28,774 bases of DNA from a virus (Duplodnaviria; Caudoviricetes): IMG/VR virus record IMGVR_UViG_3300030330_002824, positions 1 to 28,774 of that record; one strand, written 5' to 3'. Made by a program: the position numbers and the translations under genes. This document shows, in pieces, positions 1-8,933 of the stretch. The notes beneath the pieces were generated by a model. It saw nothing but the letters and a program-made list of their open reading frames with translations, was not told the DNA's origin and searched no databases. The first letter of the stretch is position 1; the number at the start of each line of letters is the position of its first letter.

Positions 1-762
1 CGGTTGATTTGTATTAGTGAAGACCAAGACCGGATTATCATTCGTGGAAGCAACATTGTTCGCAGTGGGTGTGTAAACCGTAGGAAGATAGTCATCGCCT
101 CCCCAGAACCCCGCGCCCCAGCCCTGCCCTTGAACCTGTGCGCTAAGACCAGAACTGATCTTCTTTACGATCGTGTAATCAGTGCAGAACTGAGTTGCGC
201 TTCCTGTTCCAGTTACGGGGAGTCCTGTCGATGAATCCACCACATAGATTGTAAAATTATCGGCATCATCCACTCCAAATACTTGGAACCCCGCGTTCTG
301 AGTCATTAAAGCAGAGGTGTAAGGGGATGAAGGCCCGGCAAACGTATCAGTAAAAGTGATCCAGTCGTTTGCTTCGAGACCATGCCCGCTCATGGTTACT
401 TTGACTAAGGCAGTCGCTGAACTCCCATCAAGAACCATCTGTAAGAGGTTGCCGCCCGGGTTGACGCGAGTTTTGGCCTCCCTGATGGGCGTAATGTCTA
501 CAGGATTCTCGCCAGCTATGATGTAAAACTTTCTATCTGTGCCAACGAACTGGTAGTTATTCCCTAAGTAATCCCGGGAAGTGAAGCTCCTTCTACCGAC
601 ACCATCTAGCTCGTAGGTGCTATCCCGAACCCAGCCCCGGATAGTCTCGATCTGATTAGATCGAAACCGAATATTATTGCAGTCATACCATCGACCAGCC
701 GATGCATACTGCGTCGGGTTTCGGTCTATTCCGGGCGGCAAAGGGAACTTTTTTATTGCCAC
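1..762 (-). CDS. Tail nozzle / DNA-stabilisation-type virion protein, N-terminal part (runs off window start)
   Basis: Not in the ORF track because it lacks a stop in the window. GTG at 762, just after the stop of 766..2484, reads MAIKKFPLPPGIDRNPTQYASAGRWYDCNNIRFRSNQIETIRGW. This resembles the PG..T.Y...G.W.D...RFR......GW N-terminus of podovirus nozzle-like proteins, and the position in the tail cluster fits. Confidence 0.65.
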   Translation of the reverse strand, partial: MAIKKFPLPPGIDRNPTQYASAGRWYDCNNIRFRSNQIETIRGWVRDSTYELDGVGRRSFTSRDYLGNNYQFVGTDRKFYIIAGENPVDITPIREAKTRVNPGGNLLQMVLDGSSATALVKVTMSGHGLEANDWITFTDTFAGPSSPYTSALMTQNAGFQVFGVDDADNFTIYVVDSSTGLPVTGTGSATQFCTDYTIVKKISSGLSAQVQGQGWGAGFWGGDDYLPTVYTPTANNVASTNDNPVLVFTNTNQP

Positions 763-765
763 AAG

Positions 766-2484
766 CTACTTCCAAGCCCTAACTACAAAAGACCACCCGC
801 CAGCAGCACTGAATGTTGACTCGCTGCCTGATGTAGTGAGACCGTTTATCTCAGAGGAAACTAAAACTTTTACATAAGTATTACTAGACCAGATCATTAC
901 GCCTCTGCTGCTATTCGTGTACAGAGTTCTTGAACAAACCTCCACGAAGTCATTTTGAGCGTAACCAAGATCAGAAGAAGCATCTGTTCTTTTTAAGAAT
1001 ACTTGAACTATAGACGGGTTGCTGCCAGAACTTATTGAAAGACTACTGGTATCAAATGTATACGTCGCCGCCCCGGTATAAGCTGTTGAGCCTTCAAAAT
1101 AACCACCTTCCCCACTGACCATTCCTGCATGGTAAGGCTGGCCCCAACCGTCGCTGTTGGTGTTCGATACTTCAAGGACGCCACTATTGGAGAAAAGGCC
1201 GTACCCGCCAGTCCCCACAGTCGAACTAAGGTTCACATAAGAATCCCCGGTAACGACAACAGCGCCAGTGCCAGCGGGTGCGATAGTTACGTTCCCATTA
1301 GCTCCATTTTGAATGAGGATGTTACTGCCGGGAGAACTTCCAGTTTCTAATTGGAGACCGTAATCTCCGTTCGTCTGGATAACCCCGATAGCACTTCCGT
1401 CACCTACCGCTAAATCATGGACAACTGTTGTCCCAGTTGCCGTAAGCGCACCTGAAAAGTCAGCGGTACCCGAAAAGTCAGCAGCATCATTTACATCCAA
1501 GGCTCCATCGACTTCAAGCTCGACACTCGCAAGGATCTTGGGGGTCAAGGTGTCAAAGCTCAGATACCTAGACCCGGAGGTGTTCGTCTCCCGGAACTCC
1601 AAAGCCGCAGCGTTATCGGTCATCAGAACGATATCTGTAGCCTGAGTTCCTACATTGACTTCTGCTGTGTCGATATCGAGAGTCTGGCCGATGATCGTCT
1701 TGTTATTGGTCGTATCGAATGTAATGAAGTCTTTCGGAGTCCCCGTATAACCTTCAGTAAACTTCAAGGAAGAAGTTTCGGTGTCCTTCATGTAGATAGT
1801 GGTGGCAGTAGACCGTAAATCTACTTTGGGAGACTCAATCCGCGTGTCTACGTTAGTCGAGCCAAGGGCAACATGCTCAACCGCGCTGGTCTGGGTATCA
1901 AAGTGAATGTAGTTATACCCATTACCATCATCTTTGATCGCTAAGGCATTAGCCTCATCATCTTTCAGGGTTATGACCGAAGCTGCGTTTCGGAAGTCAA
2001 TGCCGCCAATCTGCAAGTCATCAAGAATGTTCCCGACATTCCCGGAAGCATCGGAGTAGATGAGAGCGGTCGATCCATTCTGGAGCGTGTAAGTCCCGGA
2101 GCCGCCATCTAAAACAATCTTGCGCGAACTCCCGAGGCTGTTCTTTACCCAATAGACGCGGTTGGTGTTCTGGACAGCAGAAGTGTTCCCGCAAATCTTT
2201 ACCGTTACGTCAGCACCATGAGTACCCGTAAAGTTGACGAATCGATACCTGCCCTCAGAGCCATCTTCCCAAGCATCCGTAGTGTCGCCAAGGCACCAGT
2301 TGAGAGTGTTCCCCGAGAAAGTAGAGGGGAGATTGGGGCTGACCACATTGAAAGACGTAGCAACACCCGAAAGGTACTGGTCTACACGCTTGAAGTTTTC
2401 ATTCGTAGAAGTACCCCAAGTGCCCGCCTCTAGGCCCGTGCCTATAAGCTTTACTTTGAACCCACGAGAAAAAGTAGTTGCCAT
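766..2484 (-). CDS. Tail fibre-like virion protein (572 aa)
   Basis: G/T/S/D-rich, beta-prone sequence. N-terminal GTWGTSTNEN motif typical of podovirus fibre attachment regions, internal imperfect repeats, C-terminal FVVRAWK ending. Confidence 0.7.
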   Translation of the reverse strand: MATTFSRGFKVKLIGTGLEAGTWGTSTNENFKRVDQYLSGVATSFNVVSPNLPSTFSGNTLNWCLGDTTDAWEDGSEGRYRFVNFTGTHGADVTVKICGNTSAVQNTNRVYWVKNSLGSSRKIVLDGGSGTYTLQNGSTALIYSDASGNVGNILDDLQIGGIDFRNAASVITLKDDEANALAIKDDGNGYNYIHFDTQTSAVEHVALGSTNVDTRIESPKVDLRSTATTIYMKDTETSSLKFTEGYTGTPKDFITFDTTNNKTIIGQTLDIDTAEVNVGTQATDIVLMTDNAAALEFRETNTSGSRYLSFDTLTPKILASVELEVDGALDVNDAADFSGTADFSGALTATGTTVVHDLAVGDGSAIGVIQTNGDYGLQLETGSSPGSNILIQNGANGNVTIAPAGTGAVVVTGDSYVNLSSTVGTGGYGLFSNSGVLEVSNTNSDGWGQPYHAGMVSGEGGYFEGSTAYTGAATYTFDTSSLSISSGSNPSIVQVFLKRTDASSDLGYAQNDFVEVCSRTLYTNSSRGVMIWSSNTYVKVLVSSEINGLTTSGSESTFSAAGGWSFVVRAWK

Positions 2485-2488
2485 CTAA

Positions 2489-3250
2489 TTAACCCTTAAC
2501 TTGGGGCATCGAGCCGGGGCGATAGCTGTCATTAGCCACCGATTTAGTCATTACATTTCTGGCGATCGTCAAAGAATCCATAAAATGCTTTTCGTAAAGC
2601 TGGATCATATCGGGCTCACCCTTCATAAAGGTATAAGCCTGAACAATCGAGCCATACATAAGGCAATCCGGGAAAGTTGAGGACAGCCAAGTCACATTAG
2701 AATCAGTGCTGTTATTAGTAATGGAGTCTTCGCTACGCTTCCTGTAGTACGTCACCGTCGCTTGGTAAGTCGTATTGGGAATAGGCCCCAAGCGGATCTT
2801 GAGGGTTGGGGCACCAAAGTGACTAGCCGAAGAGTTGCTCTGGATAGAGCTACCCGGGACAGCGTAATACTTAGGCTTTCCTTGAGTTGCAGCAGAAGCA
2901 GAGCCAGGGTAGGCCTCTAGCAAGAAATCGTAGTCTTTCTTCAATAAGTACCTAGCTGGTCCGTACTCCACACCTCCCGACTGTCCGGTGGCACTCTCTG
3001 AGATCCGAATAGAAAGAATCTCCAAAACGCCAGCCAGATTTAAAAAGTCAGGATTGCTTCCTAAATCATAGTCCGCTTCGCCAGAGGAGAGAGTTACTGT
3101 CGCCTCTTCCTGAAATGAATACGGAGTGTCGAGCGCACCGAAAACTCTGTCTTCAGCAGCAATGATAAAGTTATTTATATTGGCTACAAAAGTAGACTCT
3201 GAATTCTGACAGTAGTCTTCGATTGCAGTCTTTAGCTCGCCGTAGTTCAT
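2489..3250 (-). CDS. Head-tail adaptor-like virion protein (253 aa)
   Basis: MNYGELKTAIEDY...FIIAAEDR...G.PKYYA...LGPIP...TWLS...PD.L.YG...AY.FMK pattern typical of podovirus adaptor proteins; located in the structural operon. Confidence 0.65.
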   Translation of the reverse strand: MNYGELKTAIEDYCQNSESTFVANINNFIIAAEDRVFGALDTPYSFQEEATVTLSSGEADYDLGSNPDFLNLAGVLEILSIRISESATGQSGGVEYGPARYLLKKDYDFLLEAYPGSASAATQGKPKYYAVPGSSIQSNSSASHFGAPTLKIRLGPIPNTTYQATVTYYRKRSEDSITNNSTDSNVTWLSSTFPDCLMYGSIVQAYTFMKGEPDMIQLYEKHFMDSLTIARNVMTKSVANDSYRPGSMPQVKG

Positions 3251-3261
3251 TTTAAATCAGC

Positions 3262-3483
3262 CTAGACTTTGCGGAAGTTCTTTCCGCGAGTTGCAGCGCC
3301 AGCTCCGCGAACCTGTTCAGTCTTAGGTTTCGGGTAGCCAGGGCCACTCGAAAGGTTGAGCATACCGCCCGCCATGTACTTCTTCATGTTTTTGACAGGC
3401 TGTCCGGTCTTAGCGGACTTCTCTTTAGCCGCCTTCTCACCTTCCTTCGTGTACGCAAAATGCTTGTTTCCTACCTTGGGCAT
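3262..3483 (-). CDS. Small basic phage protein (73 aa)
   Basis: GGAG RBS upstream of ATG. Lys-rich, with MPKVG.K.F.YT..G and RGAGAATRG motifs; packed in the operon. Confidence 0.7.
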   Translation of the reverse strand: MPKVGNKHFAYTKEGEKAAKEKSAKTGQPVKNMKKYMAGGMLNLSSGPGYPKPKTEQVRGAGAATRGKNFRKV

Positions 3484-3492
3484 TTTTCTCTC

Positions 3493-4263
3493 CTAGAGAT
3501 TAGTCCTGGGGACTGTTTGGATTTTTATCCATTCTATGTACAGATCAAAGTTCACTCTATTGGACGAATTAGCATTAAAGAAATCAAATCGAAGTTTGTT
3601 AATCGTGCCGGACCACTCTGCCTGATCGGATAAATCGAACTCAACCTCAAAAAAGTCCTCTCCCATCTGTAAAAGATCATTCGGATCAATTGGGATATTG
3701 AGAACCCTGTCACCGGAAAATCCGGGCTGATCTGTATTTGCCCAGAAAAACTGGTGAATCCCAGCCGTAAGCCCGTCTACTATCGCAGAAGTAGCCCCTT
3801 CGTTGAACCATCTTACTTTTACAATAGGCCTCTCGGAAGCAGGGAAAGGCTGGAAGAAATTAAGTGTCCTGAACTGAGGATCATAAGAATCTGAGTATGC
3901 AATCTTTACCCAGTCATTACTCGTGTCGATTGTCGTTGTGGCAGTTCCACCAGAACCGCCCAAGCCATTCCAGTCGTCTCCACCAATTGTCGTATTTGAA
4001 TTGAATAACTGAACTATGTCATTGCTGTCCCGTCCGCTAATGGCCCCAACAGGTCTGGGATTGCGAAGAGCCTGCGGGTCATCGAAGTGGTGCCGACCCA
4101 GTTGGTTTTGGGGATTATCCGGGCTCCAGCACTCATCACATGCCATGACCCCAGTCTTTTCCATATTCGACACTTCCGCCTTGAGGTCGTGAAGCGGATA
4201 GCGAAATCCACAGATATCGCAGAAGCCAAACGCATGTTTGCCGGATGCGTAAGGTCTAGCCAT
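3493..4263 (-). CDS. Conserved phage protein with N-terminal CxxC-CxxC zinc-binding motif and C-terminal beta-sandwich-like extension (256 aa)
   Basis: CDICGFRY...CDECW...PQ...DPQALRNPRP motif. Start overlaps the upstream stop (TAATG). Confidence 0.7.
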   Translation of the reverse strand: MARPYASGKHAFGFCDICGFRYPLHDLKAEVSNMEKTGVMACDECWSPDNPQNQLGRHHFDDPQALRNPRPVGAISGRDSNDIVQLFNSNTTIGGDDWNGLGGSGGTATTTIDTSNDWVKIAYSDSYDPQFRTLNFFQPFPASERPIVKVRWFNEGATSAIVDGLTAGIHQFFWANTDQPGFSGDRVLNIPIDPNDLLQMGEDFFEVEFDLSDQAEWSGTINKLRFDFFNANSSNRVNFDLYIEWIKIQTVPRTNL

Positions 4264-4994
4264 TAGTAGTTCATCACATTCGGGACAAACCGGGCTGAAG
4301 TCTTAACTCGATCCTCCTCCGCCGCCTGCTGAAAAAGCTCCTCGTAAGAAGACTTGAGAAGCGGAAGTCTTTGGGCAGACTCCGGGCGCTTCATTGCAAG
4401 CTGATACGCCAGCCCTGCCACAAGGCAAGGGATGAATCGATCCGGCACATCCATCGTATTCGACCCAACACTCCCGGCGTCAGCCATCCGGCGAATCCGG
4501 TAGTAGTAAATCTTATACGTCGAGCTTTTATCAGGAACAGGCCAAACCGTTATCGTCGAGTTGCGGTCGCTGCCGTCAGAAGGGTTGTAATCCTTGATCC
4601 CAATTCGATTGTACAGGTACTGAAGGGGCTGCCCCTTGCTTAGCTTGTTCGGGATATTTGAGTAAGTTGATTCAGAAATCCTGCTGAGATGAAAGTCCGT
4701 CTGCTTGTTGGCATCAGCATCGTCAGTGCGAAGCATGAGGTCAAGCAGAGAAACAGTATCGATATCAATGTTGTAATCAGCCTGACCCTCAACGAGAGTA
4801 ATAGGAGTTCCGTAAAGCTCGACCGTCCAGAGGTTGATGCCCCTGTTCTGCCACTCCAGAAGAAGGTAGTTCAGGCTGCGTCGGGCAGTCCTGAAGTCGT
4901 ACCCGCTGCGAAGCTCAAGACCAGCCCGCTCATAAGCTTCCTCTATAAGCTCAGAAATATCTGGGTTAAATGCGAATGTTCCGCTAGTTGCCAC
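4263..4994 (-). CDS. Head-tail connector / tail tubular-type virion protein (243 aa)
   Basis: MATSGTFAFNPDISELIEEAYERAG...TARRSLN...W.NRGINLWT...WPVPD...P.RFIPCLVAGLAY, a pattern conserved in podovirus structural modules. GTG start with GGAGG RBS. Confidence 0.7.
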   Translation of the reverse strand: MATSGTFAFNPDISELIEEAYERAGLELRSGYDFRTARRSLNYLLLEWQNRGINLWTVELYGTPITLVEGQADYNIDIDTVSLLDLMLRTDDADANKQTDFHLSRISESTYSNIPNKLSKGQPLQYLYNRIGIKDYNPSDGSDRNSTITVWPVPDKSSTYKIYYYRIRRMADAGSVGSNTMDVPDRFIPCLVAGLAYQLAMKRPESAQRLPLLKSSYEELFQQAAEEDRVKTSARFVPNVMNY

Positions 4995-5268
4995 GAATAG
5001 CCTCCAAGATCTCTTGGCTTGAGTCTGCCTGTCGTCTTGAGATTTCTTTTATTTCCACTCTCATCTCGTCAAGGAGTCGAGTGTGATGATTTACTTCAGT
5101 CGCTACGCGCTCAAGCTTTAACTCCGCGCGGGAGAGGTCTTCTCTGCCAGCAAGATTGTCATGACCATTATCGTTCGCATGGCTAGTCTGCATAGTAAAA
5201 AGGCCTCCGATGGCAGTAGCTATCATGCCAAGGGAAGCCCAAAAAGCAGTAGGGGTTACATGAGACAT
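4984..5268 (-). CDS. Small membrane protein (N-terminal TM helix + coiled coil), holin/lysis-accessory-like
   Basis: Hydrophobic AFWASLGMIATAIGGLFTM followed by a heptad-rich charged segment; coupled to both neighbours. Confidence 0.5.
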   Translation of the reverse strand: MSHVTPTAFWASLGMIATAIGGLFTMQTSHANDNGHDNLAGREDLSRAELKLERVATEVNHHTRLLDEMRVEIKEISRRQADSSQEILEAIRGN

Positions 5269-5693
5269 CAGGTATTAACCCCGCCTGTGTAGACTATCGC
5301 TACATACATGGCCGTCTTGGAGGAAGCGGACGAAGAACCACTTTGATCAGTTGCATCCACACCAAACCAAACCCCATCGGGAAATAAAATCCCGTCCCCA
5401 CCAAAGTAATGTGAGTAATTTGCTAAAGGCTTAGAGGAGCCCGAATCAGTACCACCTACAGGGTTCATAAAAGCTGACTTGTAAAGCTCGTTTCCGCTGG
5501 CAGCGTCGAGGAGGGACATCGGCCTTGTTAAAGTGTAGGAGGTAGAAGAATCTACCCAGCGGTTCATTACCCAAAATGCGTGAACTCTAGACCTTCCGCT
5601 TATTACTTGAACGCCTGTAGCGGGAGTTGTCGAACCACCTACGTCATAAGGGTCTTCGCTGTACCATATTTTGCAATAATCTTCTGTCATCAA
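5268..5693 (-). CDS. Array paralog E' (141 aa), small beta-rich putative virion protein
   Basis: Shares TED...W...Y..GG, ISGR..VH, GG.GILF.DGV...DAT, YTGG.NT with 7275..7712. Confidence 0.8.
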   Translation of the reverse strand: MMTEDYCKIWYSEDPYDVGGSTTPATGVQVISGRSRVHAFWVMNRWVDSSTSYTLTRPMSLLDAASGNELYKSAFMNPVGGTDSGSSKPLANYSHYFGGDGILFPDGVWFGVDATDQSGSSSASSKTAMYVAIVYTGGVNT

Positions 5694-6127
5694 GAATACA
5701 CCACGTTAAGCAATCCGCCTACTTGACCGCCAGTGGTGGCCCCCGTCGCGGAGTTTGCGGGCAAAGTCATTTCTACAGTAAGCCCGTCGTCAAACAGAAG
5801 CCCCGGACCAGGGATATGGAAATTACAACCAAGCCCGCCATTCGCACCCAACTCTGCGTAGTTAGACGGCGTGAAAACAGGTAGGAAAATTTCAAGAAGG
5901 ACTGAGCCTGAAGATTTTTTAAACTCAACACTAACTAGAGTTGTTTTATTAGCAGAACTTATTGCGACGTTTTGAAAGAGGCAGGTAGTTGAGAATCCAG
6001 AAAAAGACCTAAGGCAAGCTCTTTGACCAGAAGGGACAAGAACCTCAGTAACTGTTGTGGTTCCTGAAGTCCCTTGGTTAACAATTCCCTTTACAACCTT
6101 GCTTTTACATTTGTATACACGTTTCAT
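5690..6127 (-). CDS. Array paralog D' (145 aa)
   Basis: IPGPGLLFDDGLTV matches LPGFGFKLDNGLSL of 7758..8174; ends VVYS. Confidence 0.8.
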   Translation of the reverse strand: MKRVYKCKSKVVKGIVNQGTSGTTTVTEVLVPSGQRACLRSFSGFSTTCLFQNVAISSANKTTLVSVEFKKSSGSVLLEIFLPVFTPSNYAELGANGGLGCNFHIPGPGLLFDDGLTVEMTLPANSATGATTGGQVGGLLNVVYS

Positions 6128-6134
6128 GTTTCTG

Positions 6135-6512
6135 CTAACTGTAGAACAAGGTTAGTTCAAATCTCTGAGCATCAGTTGAAAATCCAGTACTAGTTACTTC
6201 TAAATACAAACCGTTATCAAACTGTATATAGTTGTCGTCCATCATCATGTACGAACCTTGATTTGCAGACAGACTATTTACTTGACCAGAAGGCATAAAA
6301 AAAGTTAAAGCAGGATCAGAAGAGGTTGTCCCGTCAAATATTTTAAACTCAGCAATAGTTCCGGCAGTTCCTGTAGGATTGTTAAGAGAAGAAAAGAAAA
6401 TGAAACCTAAAAATTTAAATCTAGTAGGCAAGCTAGAGCTAAACTGAACTCTTGTGTCAGCAGTATCTATATATACGGATTGATGCGATGTGTTGCAGTA
6501 ACCAATAGACAA
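6135..6512 (-). CDS. Array paralog C' (125 aa)
   Basis: KFLG, DGTTSSDPAL, GSYMMMDDNYIQFDNGL and STDA correspond to motifs in 8171..8536. TTG start. Confidence 0.8.
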   Translation of the reverse strand: MSIGYCNTSHQSVYIDTADTRVQFSSSLPTRFKFLGFIFFSSLNNPTGTAGTIAEFKIFDGTTSSDPALTFFMPSGQVNSLSANQGSYMMMDDNYIQFDNGLYLEVTSTGFSTDAQRFELTLFYS

Positions 6513-6515
6513 GGC

Positions 6516-6899
6516 TCATCCACCCAACTGATAGGTTACGGTGACGTTTCTAACGCCGGGAGATACGCCTCTGACCCATACATCTTTTTCGGAAAGAAAG
6601 TAATTAGCCGGTGAAGGAGAAAAATCCATAAACGGCTGACCCGCTTGAGTAATAGAACCAATATTGCTTTCTCCTCCCCGAGCAGTTCCATCTTCATAGA
6701 GAATAGAAGAAGACCCGTCAGAAGGATCACCGGACCAAATCTGCACTCTTGGATGCTCATCCTCATCAAGACTGAATGGGCACCAAACAACAGAGAAAAT
6801 TCTACAAGAACCAAAATCCCCAATGTCTACCAGCTTGATATCACCAGTAGGGCTGGAGTGCATGTTTTGATATTTGCTTACAACGTCTGTTGACTGCAT
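6516..6899 (-). CDS. Array paralog B' (127 aa)
   Basis: MQS..V.S.Y.N..SS, RIF.V and TYQLG shared with 8538..8930. Confidence 0.8.
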   Translation of the reverse strand: MQSTDVVSKYQNMHSSPTGDIKLVDIGDFGSCRIFSVVWCPFSLDEDEHPRVQIWSGDPSDGSSSILYEDGTARGGESNIGSITQAGQPFMDFSPSPANYFLSEKDVWVRGVSPGVRNVTVTYQLGG

Positions 6900-6906
6900 G
6901 CAAAAT

Positions 6907-7275
6907 CTACTGGTAAGCCACTCTTATATTGACTTGTTTGTTCATAGTGCCAGTCCCACTGCCGGAAACAATCTGATTGCACCGGACAGCCAAGTAGTTA
7001 TTTATCCTGAGCCCATCAGCAGGAATCAATATAGAAGAGTTTGTACAAAGGTAATTCGCGAGCGCACTTCCAGCCATTACTACGATGATGTCATCGCCAT
7101 CGTATACCTCTAGGCATAGAGACGGCCCTACTTCAAACCCGGTTTCTTTTGAGGAGCAAGGTGCGGAGGAGATAGACTTCACAACGCAAGGCCGATTTAC
7201 AGCAGTCACCTTCCCGTCATCTACGGTCAGTTCACTTCTGAAATACTGCTTTACCCCAGCCGGGTAAACGGCCAT
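6907..7275 (-). CDS. Array paralog A' (122 aa)
   Basis: VYPAG...YF, P...KSI, YDG, P..GLRIN and GTM shared with 8934..9308. Confidence 0.8.
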   Translation of the reverse strand: MAVYPAGVKQYFRSELTVDDGKVTAVNRPCVVKSISSAPCSSKETGFEVGPSLCLEVYDGDDIIVVMAGSALANYLCTNSSILIPADGLRINNYLAVRCNQIVSGSGTGTMNKQVNIRVAYQ

Positions 7276-7712
7276 TAGGTATTTGCCCCGCCAGTATAAA
7301 ATATATTAAGAGCTAACCCTGTATCTTTTGCTGTGCTCGACCCATCAGGAGCAGTCGCGTCCGCAGCCAGATAAACCCCATCTTCAAACAAAATGCCGTT
7401 TCCTCCCACTTCAATATTTGAAGTAGAGAGAGATCTGTAAGATGAGACTCTCATCCCTAAAAATTTGCAAGCTATGTCGGCAAGAGTAGAGGAAGAGCAA
7501 AGTCTATAGGCTCTTGAGTTAAAAAAATCAGCCGCAGAAGAATTACCTTGCGTGCTGCGGGATACAGATATTGAATGAACAGCAACCCTACCAGAGATTA
7601 TTTTTATAGCTGACCCAGTAGAAGGTACGGCATCGAGATTATCTCTTAGGTCAACTCCGCCTTGGTTGTACAATGCGGAAGACCATACGTTTAAAGAATC
7701 TTCAGTTTGCAT
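7275..7712 (-). CDS. Array paralog E (145 aa)
   Basis: IISGRVAVHS, GGNGILFEDGVYLAADAT, FYTGGANT. Confidence 0.8.
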   Translation of the reverse strand: MQTEDSLNVWSSALYNQGGVDLRDNLDAVPSTGSAIKIISGRVAVHSISVSRSTQGNSSAADFFNSRAYRLCSSSTLADIACKFLGMRVSSYRSLSTSNIEVGGNGILFEDGVYLAADATAPDGSSTAKDTGLALNIFYTGGANT

Positions 7713-7757
7713 AATCTTACTAGCTTCTTGACCTTGATGAACTAGGGAAATCTAAAC

Positions 7758-8174
7758 TTAACTTTGAAATGTTACCGCGCATGAGATTTGAAATGCGGCA
7801 CCCCCCGAAGTATCCGGTCCTTTACCCTGCAACTTTAAAGAAAGACCATTGTCTAATTTAAATCCAAATCCAGGGAGATTTATAAACCTATGGAAAGACG
7901 GGTGAACATTAGAAAAGTTAGAGGCTCCCACACTTACATGATTAGCCAAAACAGAAAATTTATCCGTATCAGAAGAATCCATGATGGTAACTCTGGGGAG
8001 TTCAGTGAACTCGGTGAATCTCCAATAAGCGTTAAAATCATCTTTTGGCGCGCAGGCAATGTACAAAGAAGAGATAACAACTCGACCACTAGCCACAACT
8101 GCGTAAGTCTCATTAGCAGTTGCTCCACCAGCAACATCAAGAATCGTAGAGAACCCGTTTACATTCTTGATCAT
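7758..8174 (-). CDS. Array paralog D (138 aa)
   Basis: VVASGRVVI, LPGFGFKLDNGL, VTFQS. ATGA overlap with the upstream gene. Confidence 0.8.
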   Translation of the reverse strand: MIKNVNGFSTILDVAGGATANETYAVVASGRVVISSLYIACAPKDDFNAYWRFTEFTELPRVTIMDSSDTDKFSVLANHVSVGASNFSNVHPSFHRFINLPGFGFKLDNGLSLKLQGKGPDTSGGAAFQISCAVTFQS

Positions 8175-8536
8175 TGGTAGATAACCGTAATAACAATGTC
8201 AGCTTTATTATTGGCGTCAGTAGAATTTGTGTACTTAACATTCAGGCCATCGGTAATTCTTATGTAAGAGTCATCATCGTACATTGAGTAAAATCCAGCA
8301 TTCCGTTCTACTTCGCCGCCCTCAGTGCTTGTGATTACACTTAAGAAAGGATCTGATGTGCCGTCTGAAAATTCCAACTTTGAAGTTTGATTTACATTAT
8401 CGTTTAGCAAGTTTCCAGAGATCCCAAAAAATCTCATATTCTTACTTAAGCCTTGGCTAGTAAGGATATTGTTAGCGCCGGAATCTAAATTATTCATTTC
8501 GATTATTTTAGTTTTAACGTATGAATACGAAGCCAT
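8171..8536 (-). CDS. Array paralog C (~121 aa; ATG at 8536 preferred over TTG at 8554)
   Basis: RFFG, DGTSDPFL, GFYSMYDDDSYIRITDGL, ITVIYQ. The ATG lies immediately after the stop of 8538..8930. Confidence 0.8.
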   Translation of the reverse strand: MASYSYVKTKIIEMNNLDSGANNILTSQGLSKNMRFFGISGNLLNDNVNQTSKLEFSDGTSDPFLSVITSTEGGEVERNAGFYSMYDDDSYIRITDGLNVKYTNSTDANNKADIVITVIYQ

Positions 8537-8537
8537 A

Positions 8538-8930
8538 TTACGCTTGACTTCCAATTTGATAAGTTAAAGATATAAAATTTATTCCCACGCCTAGACCAGT
8601 GAAGTAGATACCATCACCAGTGCATACAGTGTCTACCCCATTTGAAGGTATCTTTATGCAGTCTATATAAGCCGCAGTTCTGAACGGGTCATGTTGTTCA
8701 TGAGAAGAATAGACTTCATCTCTGAAAAACTGATAGTCCAAGCTGTCACTATCTTGGTTGTGCAGTGAAATGCCAGAGAATTCTGCTGGATCAAGAGCTT
8801 CACTAATTTGGAATTCAACGTGAAACAACCTAAACAAATCTCCATTAGACAAGGAGATTATCTTTGTTCTGGCGTTTTTATCCGATGAAGCCACGTTCTT
8901 GTAGGCAGATTTTACATATCCAGATTGCAC
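8538..8930 (-). CDS. Array paralog B (130 aa)
   Basis: MQSGYVKSAYKN, IPSNG...GDGIYF, LTYQIG. GTG start. Confidence 0.8.
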   Translation of the reverse strand: MQSGYVKSAYKNVASSDKNARTKIISLSNGDLFRLFHVEFQISEALDPAEFSGISLHNQDSDSLDYQFFRDEVYSSHEQHDPFRTAAYIDCIKIPSNGVDTVCTGDGIYFTGLGVGINFISLTYQIGSQA

Positions 8931-8933
8931 AAC

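Noticed and set aside
7250-7268. TTTACCC-cagcc-GGGTAAA, half-sites of the dispersed palindrome
   Set aside because: Half-sites are separated by 5 nt and lie inside a CDS encoding the conserved VYPAGVK motif; likely coincidence.
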